Positions 15,482 through 28,464 of a stretch of 64,000 nt of DNA are shown here, one piece after another. The notes under the pieces were generated by a model. It did no database searches. It was given only the letters and a program-made list of their open reading frames with translations, and was not told where the DNA came from. The number at the start of each line of letters is the position of its first letter. The stretch's first letter is position 1. A program made the translations under genes and the position numbers. The stretch lies in the sequence record MK250021.1. One strand, written 5' to 3'.

Positions 15482-16600
15482 TTATTCAGTACTTTGATTT
15501 TTATTATCTGACAATGAAGTCTCATAATAATCAGTTAAACCTTTTGCTAACGCTTCCTTTAACATATTATTATCAACTCTTCTTGATATACTGGTAACAA
15601 AATGTTCTGACATTCCATCAGGATATACATCCTTTATAGTCTTGTAAACTTCCTTAGGTGGAAGTTCAAGTTCAACATCAACACCAATGGTATATACTTT
15701 CTTCTTACTCTTATCAATCATATTAGTGATAAGAATATCTTCTGTATAATTTGGATCTTCATAAGGCGAAACTTTCTTTTCAGTTTTTACTGTAACCTCA
15801 TTATTTAACCTTGAAATAAATTGTTCTATAGAAAGTTCTGTTGTCTTACCATTTGATATTACATTAATCTTATCATATTCAGAATTTGAATTAATATTAT
15901 CGAGGTTAATTGTAATGCTTGCGTGTCGTACTGTTTCTATAACAGATGTTGTTATAGGTGAGTCTGCCTGAATTTTTCCTGTAGTTATAACTTGTTTTTC
16001 AACTGGTGCTGTAATTTCATTAACAATTTCTTTTTTATTTGCTGTAATTGTTGGTTCTGTTTTCTTTACTACAGTACCAAATGTTACATTATCAGCAGAT
16101 TTATTAACTGGTTTACCACCATTCAACAATTCAGGATGTAATGAAAGTAAATAATTTTCTTTATCTTCTACCTTCGGATTTTTCACAAAAGTAGGTGGAG
16201 TTGCATCTGTTCTTTTTCCTTCATTTCCTATTGTTCTTGATGTTGATTTGCCTTCGCTATTAATTCCAACACTTATATGTTCACCATTCATTCCAATACC
16301 AGGTTGAGGAACTTCATATGGATTACCATCTTTATCATAAACAGTTTTTGTCTCATTTAAATTAAACTCATATGTTTTAAAATCCCATTTATTAAGTGGA
16401 GATGATAATTCAGACATAACAAATTGCCCATTAAACGCGTCCATATTATTGACTTCCGCAATATAAGATTCATCACATTTTGTTTGATCTTCAAATACAT
16501 AAAGTGTTAACTCATCATCAGATATATCGTCGATATATTTAAGTTTTGTAATTTTACCAAGTGTATCACCTGGTTGCATGTGCTAATAAAACTTTGCCAT
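15482..16600 (-). CDS. Hypothetical protein (372 aa)
   Basis: ATG 16600 (MAKFYQHMQPG), one TAG at codon 6, TAA 15482; the ATG at 16579 is an alternative start. Confidence 0.75.
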
Positions 16601-16609
16601 ATTTCCAAA

Positions 16610-16780
16610 TTAGTTTTCTTTTTCTTTTACATATCGTACCTTTACAGATATGACATTAATATTATTTTTTTCTAAATTATTTTCTTTATTTATATCGGTA
16701 TGTTCATCCGGTATATTTTCATCTTTACTGGTAAATATACCGATGAACCAATACCAACATTTCTTAATGAATTGAATCAT
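16610..16780 (-). CDS. Small hypothetical protein (56 aa)
   Basis: MIQFIKKCWYWFIGIFTSKDEN...KEKEN-TAA, co-oriented and closely packed with the next gene. Confidence 0.5.
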   Translation of the reverse strand: MIQFIKKCWYWFIGIFTSKDENIPDEHTDINKENNLEKNNINVISVKVRYVKEKEN

Positions 16781-17068
16781 GAAGTAAATTTATCCAATAT
16801 TAGTTTTATCCTTATAATTAGATATTTAACTTAATAACATATATGAATTTTATAATATATGTGAAGTTAACCTAAGAAAACTATATATGATATATAGAAA
16901 GATAATTATCTAAATCTTATCTTTTTAAAGATATGAATTAATCTAAATTTTATATACATAATTTATAAACTAAATTCTTCCGTCGACTTAATCCATAAAT
17001 ATTCAATATATATAAAACATAAATATTCATTTATTATATTGGATATTATATTATTAGTTTATTAATTA

Positions 17069-17464
17069 TTATTCACATGTATCACTGCTTCCTGTATTAT
17101 CTTCACCTTCTAATTGTTCTGGTTTATTTGAAGTATTTTTCTTTGGTTGCTATACAATTTCTAATTTACTCTTACCAAATGAACTTGTAATAGATTTAAT
17201 ACCCATAAGACCTGCTGATACTGTAAAATATGTAATTGTTCTATCTATAAATTCTAAAATATTTGCACATTCCCCGGGATTAATAAAATAATATCCAACG
17301 AGAATTACAAATAAAAATAAACATACACATGATGCTATAAATCCTACTACTTTTGTTGAACTTGTCTTTCCGTTATTATTTGAAAAGATTTCAACTGGAG
17401 AGAATTTATGAGCATTAAACATTGGCACGCCATATACATTATTTGATGTTGTTTCCTTACTCAT
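17069..17464 (-). CDS. Two-TM small membrane protein, holin-like candidate (131 aa)
   Basis: Hydrophobic VVGFIASCVCLFLFVILVGYYF and ITYFTVSAGLMGI; TAG at 17150 read through to a charged tail, TAA 17069. Confidence 0.5.
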
Positions 17465-17536
17465 TATTTAATTGTTTTCATTTTAGTTATTTATCACTTA
17501 TAAATATTATATGTAAAATTTTTATGTTAATAATAA

Positions 17537-18577
17537 ATGAAAAAATTCAGCTTTGATAAATCTATATATAAATGTTTAAATGAATCTTTATTTGATGATA
17601 CAGATGATATATTATCCAATGGAAATACAAATAGTATATCAGACTTATATATTAATGACGATTATCTATTGGAAAAGTTTAATGAATTATATAGTAACCA
17701 AAAATTAGGTAAATATAATTTATTAGAATATCCTGTATTTAGTAAAATAGAAACATATAATATTAATGGAACTGATTATAAATTTATAGCCGAAGCATCT
17801 AAAAATGGCGGATATACAACAGGGTATCCAACAGGACTAAAATATTCTGGACTTTTCTGTTATTTTATAACAACATAGGAATTAATGGATTTTATTGATA
17901 CTTATAATATTATAATACAATATCCTGTGGATGATGGTAAATATGATATTTATAATTATATAACATATATATTAAATGATATAACAATACCACATAATTT
18001 TTTAAATAATTTCCATTTATATGAACATGAAAACGTATAGCAAAAATCATATTCAATAGGATTAATATTAAATAATTGTAAAGTTATAGGACATGAATTA
18101 ATTTCTTTATTATAGTCGGGTAATCATAATTATTTAAATATCAAATATGTATTATTAAATAAATTACATATTAATTCATTAAATTTACCAAACATGACAT
18201 ATGGTTATCCATTAGAAATAACAAATTGTAATTAGCTAACAGATTTAAATATAAATTATAATATTAATAATTATACAGAAGGTTCATTATTAATAAAAAG
18301 TTGCAAAAAATTATCAAATATAGAAATTAATGATAATTCAAAAATGGTACAGCTATTGAAATTAAAAATAGATAAATGTCCGAATATAAATACAGATACA
18401 TTAATATTACCAAATCATAATACTAAAATGTATAACGCATAGTTGTTTAATGATAAGACAAAATAGAGAAAAATAAAATTCAGAGGCGATATAGTAAAAC
18501 AATTTTATACAGAATTGCATCCTGATTATAAATATAAATATTATCAATCAGGTTATAAAAATATGTACTGGTTATAA
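17537..18577 (+). CDS. LNESLFDD-leader protein with LRR-like C-half (346 aa)
   Basis: ORF 17537-17878 extended through TAGs to TAA 18575; ITNCNQLTDLNI / IKSCKKLSNIEI / IDKCPNINTDTL repeats. Confidence 0.75.
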
Positions 18578-18582
18578 AATAA

Positions 18583-18615
18583 AAGGTGAATAACAGATTT
18601 GTTGTTATTCACCTT
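18583..18615. terminator. Bidirectional intrinsic terminator
   Basis: aaggtgaataac/gttattcacctt stem between convergent ORFs. Confidence 0.7.
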
Positions 18616-18621
18616 CATTTA

Positions 18622-18804
18622 TTAAAATAAGTTATTAATTCTGTTAACTATATTTTTCCGTATTTTATAAAATATTTTATACATAGTCCAAACTTTTGGA
18701 CGGAACAAATACAGGTAAAACTTATAAAGCTTTTTAATTTCTTTATAAGAGTATATATGAATTCCATCTGAATTCGTACTTAAAATATTAATAAACGTAA
18801 ACAT
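18622..18804 (-). CDS. Small basic hypothetical protein
   Basis: 60-aa ORF only; no motif. Confidence 0.3.
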   Translation of the reverse strand: MFTFINILSTNSDGIHIYSYKEIKKLYKFYLYLFRPKVWTMYKIFYKIRKNIVNRINNLF

Positions 18805-19012
18805 AGTATTTAGAAAACTTATTTTAATTATTATATAATATTTATTGCAAAATGTCTAAAATAAAAAGAGAGACGATACATCACGTACAGTCTCTCTTAA
18901 ATCTAAATAATTTAGAAAAATGAAAACTAATTGAAAAACGAGCAAACGTTTTTTCTTAGTTTTTTTCTATATCTATATATTTATCTAATTTTCAAAAATA
19001 ATTTTTTACAAA

Positions 19013-21220
19013 TTAATTTCCACCGAATAACTTATCTAATTCTTCTTGTGACATTGCATCTACTGCATCATCACCATTTGTAGATGGTTCATCGTCTTTC
19101 TTATCATCTGATTTATCTTCATCAGAATCTGAATCACTATCATCTGAAGAATCACTGTCATCTGTTGAATCAGAATCGTCATCAACAATTTGTCCACCAA
19201 TCATATCTTCAAATTCTTCTTTAGTAATACCATATTCGTTATTCAAAACATCTGCAAGATCATTTACATAATCTGTATTTGTTAAAACAACTTTAACTGG
19301 TTTATCATCACCATCTGCATTATCATCTGTTGAATCATCTGCATTTGCATCATCAGAATCTGAATCACTGTCGTCTGAATCATCTGCATTTGCGTCATCA
19401 GAAGAATCATCATTATTATCTTCAAGTAATTTCTTGAACTTATTATAATGTAAAGACTCATTTGAAGCATTATCATCTGTATCAGAAGAATCATCTGAAT
19501 TTTCATCATCAGTAGATGTATCATCTGCATTGTCATCTGTTGACTCACTATCATCTTTAGAATCATCAGTTTCATCATCTTCATCTTCAAACTCAATAGC
19601 ATCATCTGGAACACCAGCATCTACAAGAGATTGCTTAAGCTCATCTGCTGCTGCTTGATTTGCAACTGTAATTACAACACGTGATAACTCAACTTCTTCA
19701 TCTGTATCTGGATTTTCATCTGTAGATGAATCATCAGCTTTATCCGTTGAACTATCATCTGCATTATCAGCATCATCACTTGCATCATCTGAACCTGTTG
19801 GATCTACTGGTAATGGTTCCAATGGATTATCTTGTGTTTCTTCATCCTCATTCAACTTAAGACCTTTAGCTTTAATTAATTTCTTATATGTTAAACGGTA
19901 TGTAAGTTCTTCATCAAGAATATTCATTAACTTTTCTTTATTAAGAATTGAATCACGAAGTTCTCTCTTTGTTGATTTAGAAGCAGACTCATTCAAAGAC
20001 TTATAAGATTTCATAAGTTTTGTATGCTGTGCTTTAACAGTATTTAACAATTCAAGAAGTTCTTTTGCTGTATATTCTGTAATATTCTTACCATTAATAG
20101 TTTTCTTCTCATAAAGATTCTTCTTACCAGACTTCATTGCTTTACGAATGAACTCAAACTTCTCTGAACCAATTGATTCCTTTAATGCAAGAAGTTCTCT
20201 TCTTTTCTGTTGAAGTTTTGCGTTTTTATTAACAGGTTCACTCTTAGCTTTATTAATTGCACGATTAATAATAGATTCATTAAGTGTTGTTTTCTTTGCA
20301 GATTTTACAATATCCTTTGTGGTAAGTCCATTCTTTCTCATCTTCAATGCTTCAGAAAGATTTACAAGACGTTTACCATTTCTTCTCTTTCCTGGACAAC
20401 ATCCTTTCTTTTTCTCAAGAAGCTTCTTTCTTTTTAAACGACGATCATTCTTTGATTCATAGCACTCAAACTCTTCATCTTCCATGCATTCATCAAATTC
20501 ATCATCTGAATCATTCAAAGAATCTTCATCTGCAAATTCTTCATCTGCATCTTCATATGTCTCATCATAAAGATCATCATCATCATCAAGTTCACCTTCT
20601 GCATCCATATCTGCATATGCATCATCTCTTGCATCCAATGCATCTGGATCATTAGGATCTACCTCATCATAATCTGGAATCATATCATCATAATCATCTT
20701 CGTCATCAAGATAGTCGTCATCAATAGACTCATCCATATCTACATAATCATCACCATATTCATCCTTCATATCATCAATAGCTGTATCTCTTGCATCATC
20801 ATCTTCTGGAATATCAAGCCATTCACCTTCATCATCAAGGCCATAGTCTTCATCCATATCTTGATAATCATCACCATACTCATCTTCCATATCTGCTTCA
20901 GCTGCAGCACGTGCATCATCATCAGACTCTACATCGTCAAGTTCATCATCTGCGTCGTCATATGTAAAATAAGTATCAACATCATCAATATTATATTCGT
21001 CTTCAAAAATATCAATAATATCATCTTGTGTAAGTCCGTCAATTACCATATATACGGTATCTCCATCCTCTTCCTTTGATACTGTAGCGTCTGCATTCGT
21101 ATCTTCAATATGTGTAGCCAAATCATCCATATTACCTTGAAGTTCAGGATAATCATGAACAAGCTATACAACATCAATCTTTACAGGAAATGCATAACTT
21201 TCATTAAGTTTTCTTTTCAT
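19013..21220 (-). CDS. Highly acidic 735-aa protein with basic core; putative prohead core/scaffold-like protein
   Basis: Likely start MKRKLNESYAF at 21220, TAG codon 19, joins ORF 19013-21130; several internal LNE/LSE motifs resembling T4 gp21 cleavage sites. Confidence 0.7.
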
Positions 21221-21280
21221 ATTATATAAATAGAATTATTTTCTTTTTTATTATTTATCTTATTGAAAAATTACTATAAA

Positions 21281-21904
21281 TTAACTTAAATTAATTAATT
21301 TATTATAATATTCTTTCAATAATTGTTCACTTATTATATTATTACTCAACATATTAATATATGAAGTTTTAAATTCTTCATAATCTTTATGTTTTATATC
21401 ATTTCTTATCACAGTTGATGAAACACATTCATTATTATATTCATCATCTCTATTTATATAATGAATTGGTTCTATATTTGCATTTATATATATAGTTTTA
21501 ACACCTATATCTTTATTATAATATTTGCCATTAATTGAATAAAGATTACAAAATTCTTCTTTACGTTTTATATCTGTTCCTTTATCTGATGTAACTAAAC
21601 AGAATTTATCATTGTTCAAAGAATTTCCAACATCATTATAACATTTTCTAATAGGTGCAGGATATTCAGATATATTCACTTTTATTTCTGTACTATATAA
21701 ATCTGATAATTTATCTTTTATACTATTTAAAAACCAAAGACTAGAATCTGCTGTTATTGAATCTCTATCTTTATATGAAATATAAATACGTGCTTCATCA
21801 ATATGAACATTATCTGTATTAAAGATATGTGACCTTAATATAGATAAATGTCCATCATGAAATGGTTTAAAACCACCCGGAAATAATAATATATTTTTAC
21901 TCAT
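21281..21904 (-). CDS. Cytidylyltransferase-like (HxGH) nucleotidyltransferase
   Basis: FPGGFKPFHDGH and C-terminal SSTVIR motifs. Confidence 0.8.
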   Translation of the reverse strand: MSKNILLFPGGFKPFHDGHLSILRSHIFNTDNVHIDEARIYISYKDRDSITADSSLWFLNSIKDKLSDLYSTEIKVNISEYPAPIRKCYNDVGNSLNNDKFCLVTSDKGTDIKRKEEFCNLYSINGKYYNKDIGVKTIYINANIEPIHYINRDDEYNNECVSSTVIRNDIKHKDYEEFKTSYINMLSNNIISEQLLKEYYNKLINLS

Positions 21905-21916
21905 TCATTTAATTTT

Positions 21917-24481
21917 TTAAATACCACGTTTACCAAATTTAGAAGTATCAATACCAATTAAATTCTTTAATGATATACCTCCTAATTTCTGCATTTCTGC
22001 AAAAGTCTTTAATATAAACTTGACATTTTGATTAAATACAACAAAAACAACATCTTTTCTTATTTTTGATGGAATTAATTTAAGTTGTTCCCAACCTGTA
22101 TCTTCACCATCTGTAAATACAATTATTGTTGTATGTTTCTCTCCATTATCGTAATAATATGGTTTCTTAAGTTTTGTAACACTTATAGTATTACCAGGAA
22201 TATCTGTACCACCAGAACCACCACGATCTCCAAGAAGTTCAAGACGTTTCTTTATAGGTGTCTTAATATTCCACATTGCTACATTTTCAGGAAGAATACG
22301 GCCTGTTGTAAAATATGCTCTGGCAGAATTCAATACCTTACATGTTTTCTCCATTGTACAAATTTCCTTGAATATCTGATAGAATATTCCATTTCCATTA
22401 CCATACATAGAACCTGAATTATCTATAAGATAAAATATATTAGCCGCATTGTTTTCTTCAAATGGAACTTTCTTATATGGATTGAATCTATCATCACGCC
22501 ATGATTGTGACATTGTTCTTTTCGAACGTTTCATTTGTGTTCCCGCTTCCATTGCAGCTGTGAAATGTTTTCTTAACTTTTGTTTCCAGTTAGCCAATGA
22601 TTGCATATTCTTTAATTTATCTGCAATATCATTAAGTTTGTTTGCTAAATCAGGAGAAATATTTCTTAACTGATCCATGTGTTCTTCATTATACTTTCTT
22701 GATAATTCTTTAGGATCACATGTTAATTCTTCAGCTGTATAAGGATCACCAGATTCTTTTGCAATTTCTGCCATTTGTTCTTGTGACAACATATCAGCGC
22801 CACCGAAGGTAGAAGACGTAGTAGTATCAAATTCTTTACCTTCCAATTGTTTCTGAACTTCATCTTCATTAGGTCCCGCTTGCATATCTCTATCGATTTT
22901 ATTTTTCATATCATCAATAGCTTTCTTGACATCCTTACGCGCTTGTTCACGTGCAGCTTTTTCTTCTGCAGACATTTGTCCAGAATTTCTACCGGATTTT
23001 GAATTGCCAGTTGAACCTTGATCAGACATATCACCATTCATTGATGAACCATCATTATCAGACGAACTATTACCAGATTGAGAATTACCTCGTTCATTTC
23101 CTTGTTCTCCTGATTGATTTCCATTACCAGTTTGTGAATCATTTTCTGAATTATCTCCTTCTTGATCATCACCTGAACCATTACCATTCTGATTATCATC
23201 TGAATCTTCATCACCGTTACCAGAACCTTTACCCATTGCTTTATCTAATTCTTTCTTTACTTCATCATTATAAGCATCTTGATATTCACTAGATTTATTT
23301 GTATTATCAGGCATTTGATCCATACCATAATCAGACATTGTATCTGGATCAGCTGCACTTAAATCTGTATCATCATAATTTGATGAACCTCCTTGTTGAC
23401 TACCGTCGCCAGATTGCTGTTGTCTAGATTGACCTGACTGATTTTCAGAATCACTTTGACTTCCAGACTGACTGGATTGTTCACTCTGACCTTGTTGTCC
23501 TGATTGTGATTGACTTCCAGATTGTCCTTGTTGACCATCTTGCTGTCCGGATTGTCCACCTTGTCCTTGTTGCTGTTGTGAACTACCACTACCTTGACCT
23601 TGTTGTCCTTGCTGTTGTTGATTATTAACAGGATTTTGATTAATAGGTTGATTTGGTGTAGAAACCTTATTATAGAAATAAGCATCAAAAATTAATTGCC
23701 ATGGTTCCATTCGGAATCTATCATCAAATATACCCTCACATTCTGCAGTTGCACCTGCAAAATATTTAGGAATTTGTTTTTCAAGATCTCTATTAATCTC
23801 TGCATCCATGGCAATATTTGCCAATTGATGATTCTTTCCTCCTTGTGTTTCTGTTTTTCTTTCAGCTTGTTCTCTATGTCTATATATTTGATGATATGCC
23901 TCATGACAAATAACATATAATACTAAACGTGCCATAGTAATAATTCTATCATTAGACGACATGCGTTTACCTTGTGCAAGCATTTCCTTTACTTGTCCTT
24001 TTCCTTTATATAAAAGTTGTTCAGCAAATATAGGATTAAACGCAATACGTACACCATCACTTGCCGCAGTATCAATATTAAATGTCCATAAAATAGGTTT
24101 ATTAAATCGTCCAAGAATTGGTCCTAATTCCCTTGTACTTGCAGCTTGCGTCTTTGCCATTTCGCAAAATTGAGCAATCTCTGCAGGAACTATTTCCTCT
24201 TCTGTTTGAACACCGGTTATTGCATCAGTTATCTTCACTTTTACAGGAACACGCATTTTAGCAACAGGTATTGCCATACCCATATCTGCCATTGTTTTCC
24301 CTTTATATAACTTTCGTATATCAATACTCTTCTTTTTCATGAGTCTTCCCCATAATCCTTGAAGTTCTCGTTGTTTTTCTTCAGCAGTCTTCAACTTAAT
24401 ACCCATTGTTTGTTTAACAGTATTATTTGAATATGCTTCATATACTCGAGTTTTATTAGTTTTTAACTTTACTTTTACCAT
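21917..24481 (-). CDS. DUF2201-like metallopeptidase + G/S/Q linker + VWA domain protein
   Basis: TAASDG...HEAYH (HExxH)...NIAMDAEINR; C-terminal FYLIDNSGSM MIDAS, GGTD, IVFTDG. Confidence 0.85.
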   Translation of the reverse strand: MVKVKLKTNKTRVYEAYSNNTVKQTMGIKLKTAEEKQRELQGLWGRLMKKKSIDIRKLYKGKTMADMGMAIPVAKMRVPVKVKITDAITGVQTEEEIVPAEIAQFCEMAKTQAASTRELGPILGRFNKPILWTFNIDTAASDGVRIAFNPIFAEQLLYKGKGQVKEMLAQGKRMSSNDRIITMARLVLYVICHEAYHQIYRHREQAERKTETQGGKNHQLANIAMDAEINRDLEKQIPKYFAGATAECEGIFDDRFRMEPWQLIFDAYFYNKVSTPNQPINQNPVNNQQQQGQQGQGSGSSQQQQGQGGQSGQQDGQQGQSGSQSQSGQQGQSEQSSQSGSQSDSENQSGQSRQQQSGDGSQQGGSSNYDDTDLSAADPDTMSDYGMDQMPDNTNKSSEYQDAYNDEVKKELDKAMGKGSGNGDEDSDDNQNGNGSGDDQEGDNSENDSQTGNGNQSGEQGNERGNSQSGNSSSDNDGSSMNGDMSDQGSTGNSKSGRNSGQMSAEEKAAREQARKDVKKAIDDMKNKIDRDMQAGPNEDEVQKQLEGKEFDTTTSSTFGGADMLSQEQMAEIAKESGDPYTAEELTCDPKELSRKYNEEHMDQLRNISPDLANKLNDIADKLKNMQSLANWKQKLRKHFTAAMEAGTQMKRSKRTMSQSWRDDRFNPYKKVPFEENNAANIFYLIDNSGSMYGNGNGIFYQIFKEICTMEKTCKVLNSARAYFTTGRILPENVAMWNIKTPIKKRLELLGDRGGSGGTDIPGNTISVTKLKKPYYYDNGEKHTTIIVFTDGEDTGWEQLKLIPSKIRKDVVFVVFNQNVKFILKTFAEMQKLGGISLKNLIGIDTSKFGKRGI

Positions 24482-24591
24482 ATTAAAATACGTTAAAAAT
24501 TCTTTTTATTATTTATTGTAAAAAGAAAAGAGTGAATATAATTCTAATAAATTATACTCACTCTCTTTATATATTGTTTATTTATCTAACA

Positions 24592-27381
24592 TTATTTCTT
24601 TGCTCGTGATTTAGCGTTTGAACGAGTCTTATTAAATTCATAAGATTCAGATCTTGCCAAAATATTCATCGCAGGTAAAATTGGAACTTTAGATTCTTCT
24701 ACTTGATTTTCATGTGCAATAGATTTAAGATCAGAAGATTTCTATTGTCTAGCATTCTCTAACGCAATTTTTGTCTTTCTAATAGCTACTGTATTAATGA
24801 ATTCCTTACGAAGATCTGTATCAATATTATTAATACTATCAAACAATGTTGTATTCATATTATGAGCGATACTACCAATTTCCGTTTGAATGCTAATCTT
24901 AGCAATCCATGATGCAAAATGTGCATAAAGTTGAGCAACACGAGAATTAACCAATGAATTAACCTTATTACGTAATGTATCCATATCTGCTAATTCATTC
25001 TCATCAAATAACAAATTAATAGATTTACCATTAATATTAAATGAATATTCCTTGATAAGATTCTGTGCTTCAGCAGCAACATCAGAATCTGACATTGGTT
25101 TTGCTTTCTTTAATGCTTTCAAATCTGCTGCAACATCATCTTCAAGATTACCTGGATAAGATGCGAATACTTGTATTGGTAATTCCTTTGCAATACTAGA
25201 AATACACTTCCACTTAGAATATTCCGAAGTTGCATATTGATCAACAGATAATGGTTTTCTATCATCATCATCTTGATATTCCTTAGGCATACTACCAGTT
25301 TCCCAAATAGTATCCATAACATCTGGTGTAAATACCTTAGCATATTCATTATATGTTTTCCATGCACTCATAACAGGACCGGTTGCTGTAGCACCATTTG
25401 TACCTGTATCATCACCAACCATATCTCTCATGTTATCAGTGAAATAATTCATGAAGATATTATAACGTCCACGAATACCTGTTGCAGTTCCAGCAGGATC
25501 TAAGTCATCAATACCACCATGTTCTTCTACCCAATAATTCCAATAATCATCATCAAGACTATTCAATGCATCTTGAAGAACATTAGGAAGAATACCACCA
25601 TAATATTCCTTGTATGTATTACCTTCATCATCAGTCTTTTCTTCTACAGATTGATCAATTAATTTCTGATAATATTCTTTACCTGAAATACCATCAGGAT
25701 TTTCATCAAATAATTCAATTAATTCATTCTTATAGAATGGACCTACTGTATTAGCCCATGTACGAGGAGTAACCATTCTCTTAGTACGAAGAATAACTTC
25801 CTAATTAAGAACATCCTGTATAGATGATAAAGAATCTTCATTTTCATGTGCCCTCTTATCTGCCTCTGGATTCTCAAGCATATCATCATAACCACCGTTT
25901 GCAATAGTAGAATACCATACATAATCAGGAGATGCTTCAATGAAGTCTACAATAAATGGAGGTACATTTGCCTCATGTGTCAATGGATCAACTGAACGTG
26001 CCCAAGTAATCCATTCGTCCTTAGAAGGAACATATGTATAATGGATAAAACGGTTTGTCTGCGCAGCAGTTGGGAAATATCTCTTATCTTCTGAATCTGC
26101 TTCACCTTCATCAATAGATCTATTAGAAGCAAGAACAAATCCCCATTTAGATGCAACAACATAATTATCACCAAACTTATGATCATTTACGATACCCATG
26201 ATAATATTCTGAACATTAGGTTCAACACGTGAATATTCATCCATAAATACAACGCCACCTTCAAATGGATGTCCGTTAGATGCAGTGATTTCACCATCAT
26301 CATCAGTTGCAAGGAACTTACATGTATTACAGAAATAATCGCGACGTTTCTTTTCCTCTGGATCAGAAGTATTAAGATATACTGGAAGCCAGTTCTTAGG
26401 AGTATCAGTAAATCCTTCTCTCTTATATTTCTTAGGAACACTTGTTCTATCTCTCTTCTAACCAAGTTCTACACCATAATCAATTTCACGTGTAGAGTCA
26501 CGAGGTAATGTCCAGTTTTCAATAGTATAGCCAGCAAGCATAATAACTTCAAGATTCAAGTTAATTGCCTTATATTTAGCATTAGCCATATCTTTGATAG
26601 TTTGCTTAATAATTGCAGTTTTACCAATACCTGGAGCACCCCAAATAAGGAATGGTACAACATCTGAGTGTCCGCCAAGAGGCCCAGAAATTTGATTCTT
26701 AATATTAGTCTTAAGCTTAGCGATTAATTGTTTTGAATTAACAGCGACGCCGAAATGACTAAACCCTTTACTGTCCTTTACTGCATCATATGAATAAACT
26801 GCTTCATTCAAAGCCTTATGTAATTTAGATTCTTTATAATATGTTTCATTTACATACTTAATAGATTCTGTGATAGTCTCATCTGTTGTACCAGCACGCT
26901 TAATAACACGACTCCAATAATTAACAATATTTTTCTTATCATTAGCAATACCTTCTGCGAATGCTTGATCAATAGATAACCCACCAACTCCAGCGGTAGA
27001 TTTAAGAGAAGCAGATGGCGCGAAATAAACACCTTTAGGTAATTGATGTTTCTATGCCATGATAGCAAGATTACCGACATTATTAAGAGACCAATTAATA
27101 ACAGCATCTGTTGTCTCATCAATAAGTGCAATAAATCCCTTTACTTTATCTGTAATATATGAAGCTACTTTCTTTCCGTATTCCTTAATCTTATCTAAGA
27201 AACCTTCATTAATTAAAATCTTATTTAATGGAATATTGTTCTCTGTGTAATTATCATCAAAACGCATTGAACAAGTATCGTTAGACTCGTTAATCGATAA
27301 AAGAATACCGTTAATCTTATACTATGTACCATTTACACAATGTACAAGAGTAGCAGGTATATTTAACTTAGTTTTTACCAT
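24592..27381 (-). CDS. MoxR-like AAA+ ATPase (929 aa)
   Basis: Four listed fragments join via TAG; Walker A IWGAPGIGKT, Walker B VVFMDEYSR, VLASNR; adjacent to the VWA gene. Confidence 0.85.
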
Positions 27382-27471
27382 ATTTTGAAAATCAAAAAAT
27401 TATTTTTTATATTTATTATAAAAAAATGGATAGTATTTTGTAATACTATCCATTTAATATTATTAATATAA

Positions 27472-28011
27472 TTATTTCTTAAAAATATCTATATCATTAT
27501 CAATTCCAGTTTCCATAACAGCTTTTGATTTACTTGATGAAACAACCGTATATTCAATATCCGATGTATTACTGATAAACCATCTACCAGGATAACGTGC
27601 ACACAAATCTTTATGTTCTCTTACAATATCAAGCATTCGTTCCTGACTCTTCTGAAACTCACTTCTCAATACTTCAACACTTTCCATAATATTCTTATAG
27701 AGAGATGAATCAAATTGAGGATTTGCCTCGGTAATCCACTTCATAAGTGAGCCATCATTTGCATCATAACGTTCACTCATAATATGTGTATAAATACTAT
27801 CAAAACTCTCTGCATACTTATCACTAATTTGTGCTTGTTGAGAAATAGTTTTCCACATACGATCATGCATGCCTTCAATCTTACCTCTCTGTGCTTCAGC
27901 TTCATTTCTCAATGAAATCTCCTGATTATTATAAGAGAAATACATTGATACTCCAGAAATTACAAAAATTCCAATAATAACTGAAACAATAATAATTGCA
28001 ATCTTTTTCAT
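27472..28011 (-). CDS. LemA-like membrane-anchored protein
   Basis: N-terminal TM then YNNQEISLRNEAEAQ helical region. Confidence 0.55.
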   Translation of the reverse strand: MKKIAIIIVSVIIGIFVISGVSMYFSYNNQEISLRNEAEAQRGKIEGMHDRMWKTISQQAQISDKYAESFDSIYTHIMSERYDANDGSLMKWITEANPQFDSSLYKNIMESVEVLRSEFQKSQERMLDIVREHKDLCARYPGRWFISNTSDIEYTVVSSSKSKAVMETGIDNDIDIFKK

Positions 28012-28044
28012 TTTTCTAAATTATTTATTAAGTTAAATTTATTA

Positions 28045-28188
28045 TTAATTACCATAAACTAATGTATGAATATCTTCATATGTAAAACCATTTGTTGATA
28101 TATTATTTAATGATGGTTTTACTTTTCTAAAATCTATTTTATCCATACATATAGTAGAATAATTTATGCCATTATAACTTCTATTCAT
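28045..28188 (-). CDS. Small hypothetical protein (47 aa)
   Basis: ATG 28188 directly after the upstream stop, TAA 28045. Confidence 0.45.
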   Translation of the reverse strand: MNRSYNGINYSTICMDKIDFRKVKPSLNNISTNGFTYEDIHTLVYGN

Positions 28189-28189
28189 T

Positions 28190-28453
28190 TTACATCACTT
28201 TTCTATAAAATACATTTCCTTCTTCTTCAAATCCTTCAATAGAAGAAATATCATAATCAGTATATTCTTTTCCATCAGAAAAATCTGTTAACTTTCCATT
28301 TTCTGATTTAATAAACCCAGATACTGTCTCATCACCACATGGATGAATTTCAAATACACCATTAATTTCTTTAATATCAGAAATACTTCTAACTTTATCG
28401 CCTAAAAATATTTTATTATTCTTGCGTGATATATTAACATTATTAAATTCCAT
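28190..28453 (-). CDS. Hypothetical protein
   Basis: 87-aa ORF in an early-promoter operon. Confidence 0.65.
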   Translation of the reverse strand: MEFNNVNISRKNNKIFLGDKVRSISDIKEINGVFEIHPCGDETVSGFIKSENGKLTDFSDGKEYTDYDISSIEGFEEEGNVFYRKVM

Positions 28454-28464
28454 ATTACTTCTAA

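Noticed and set aside
16781-17068. About 290-nt AT-rich intergenic region as a hidden TAG-recoded gene or origin
   Set aside because: TAA/TGA stops in all frames examined, and no iteron-like repeats.
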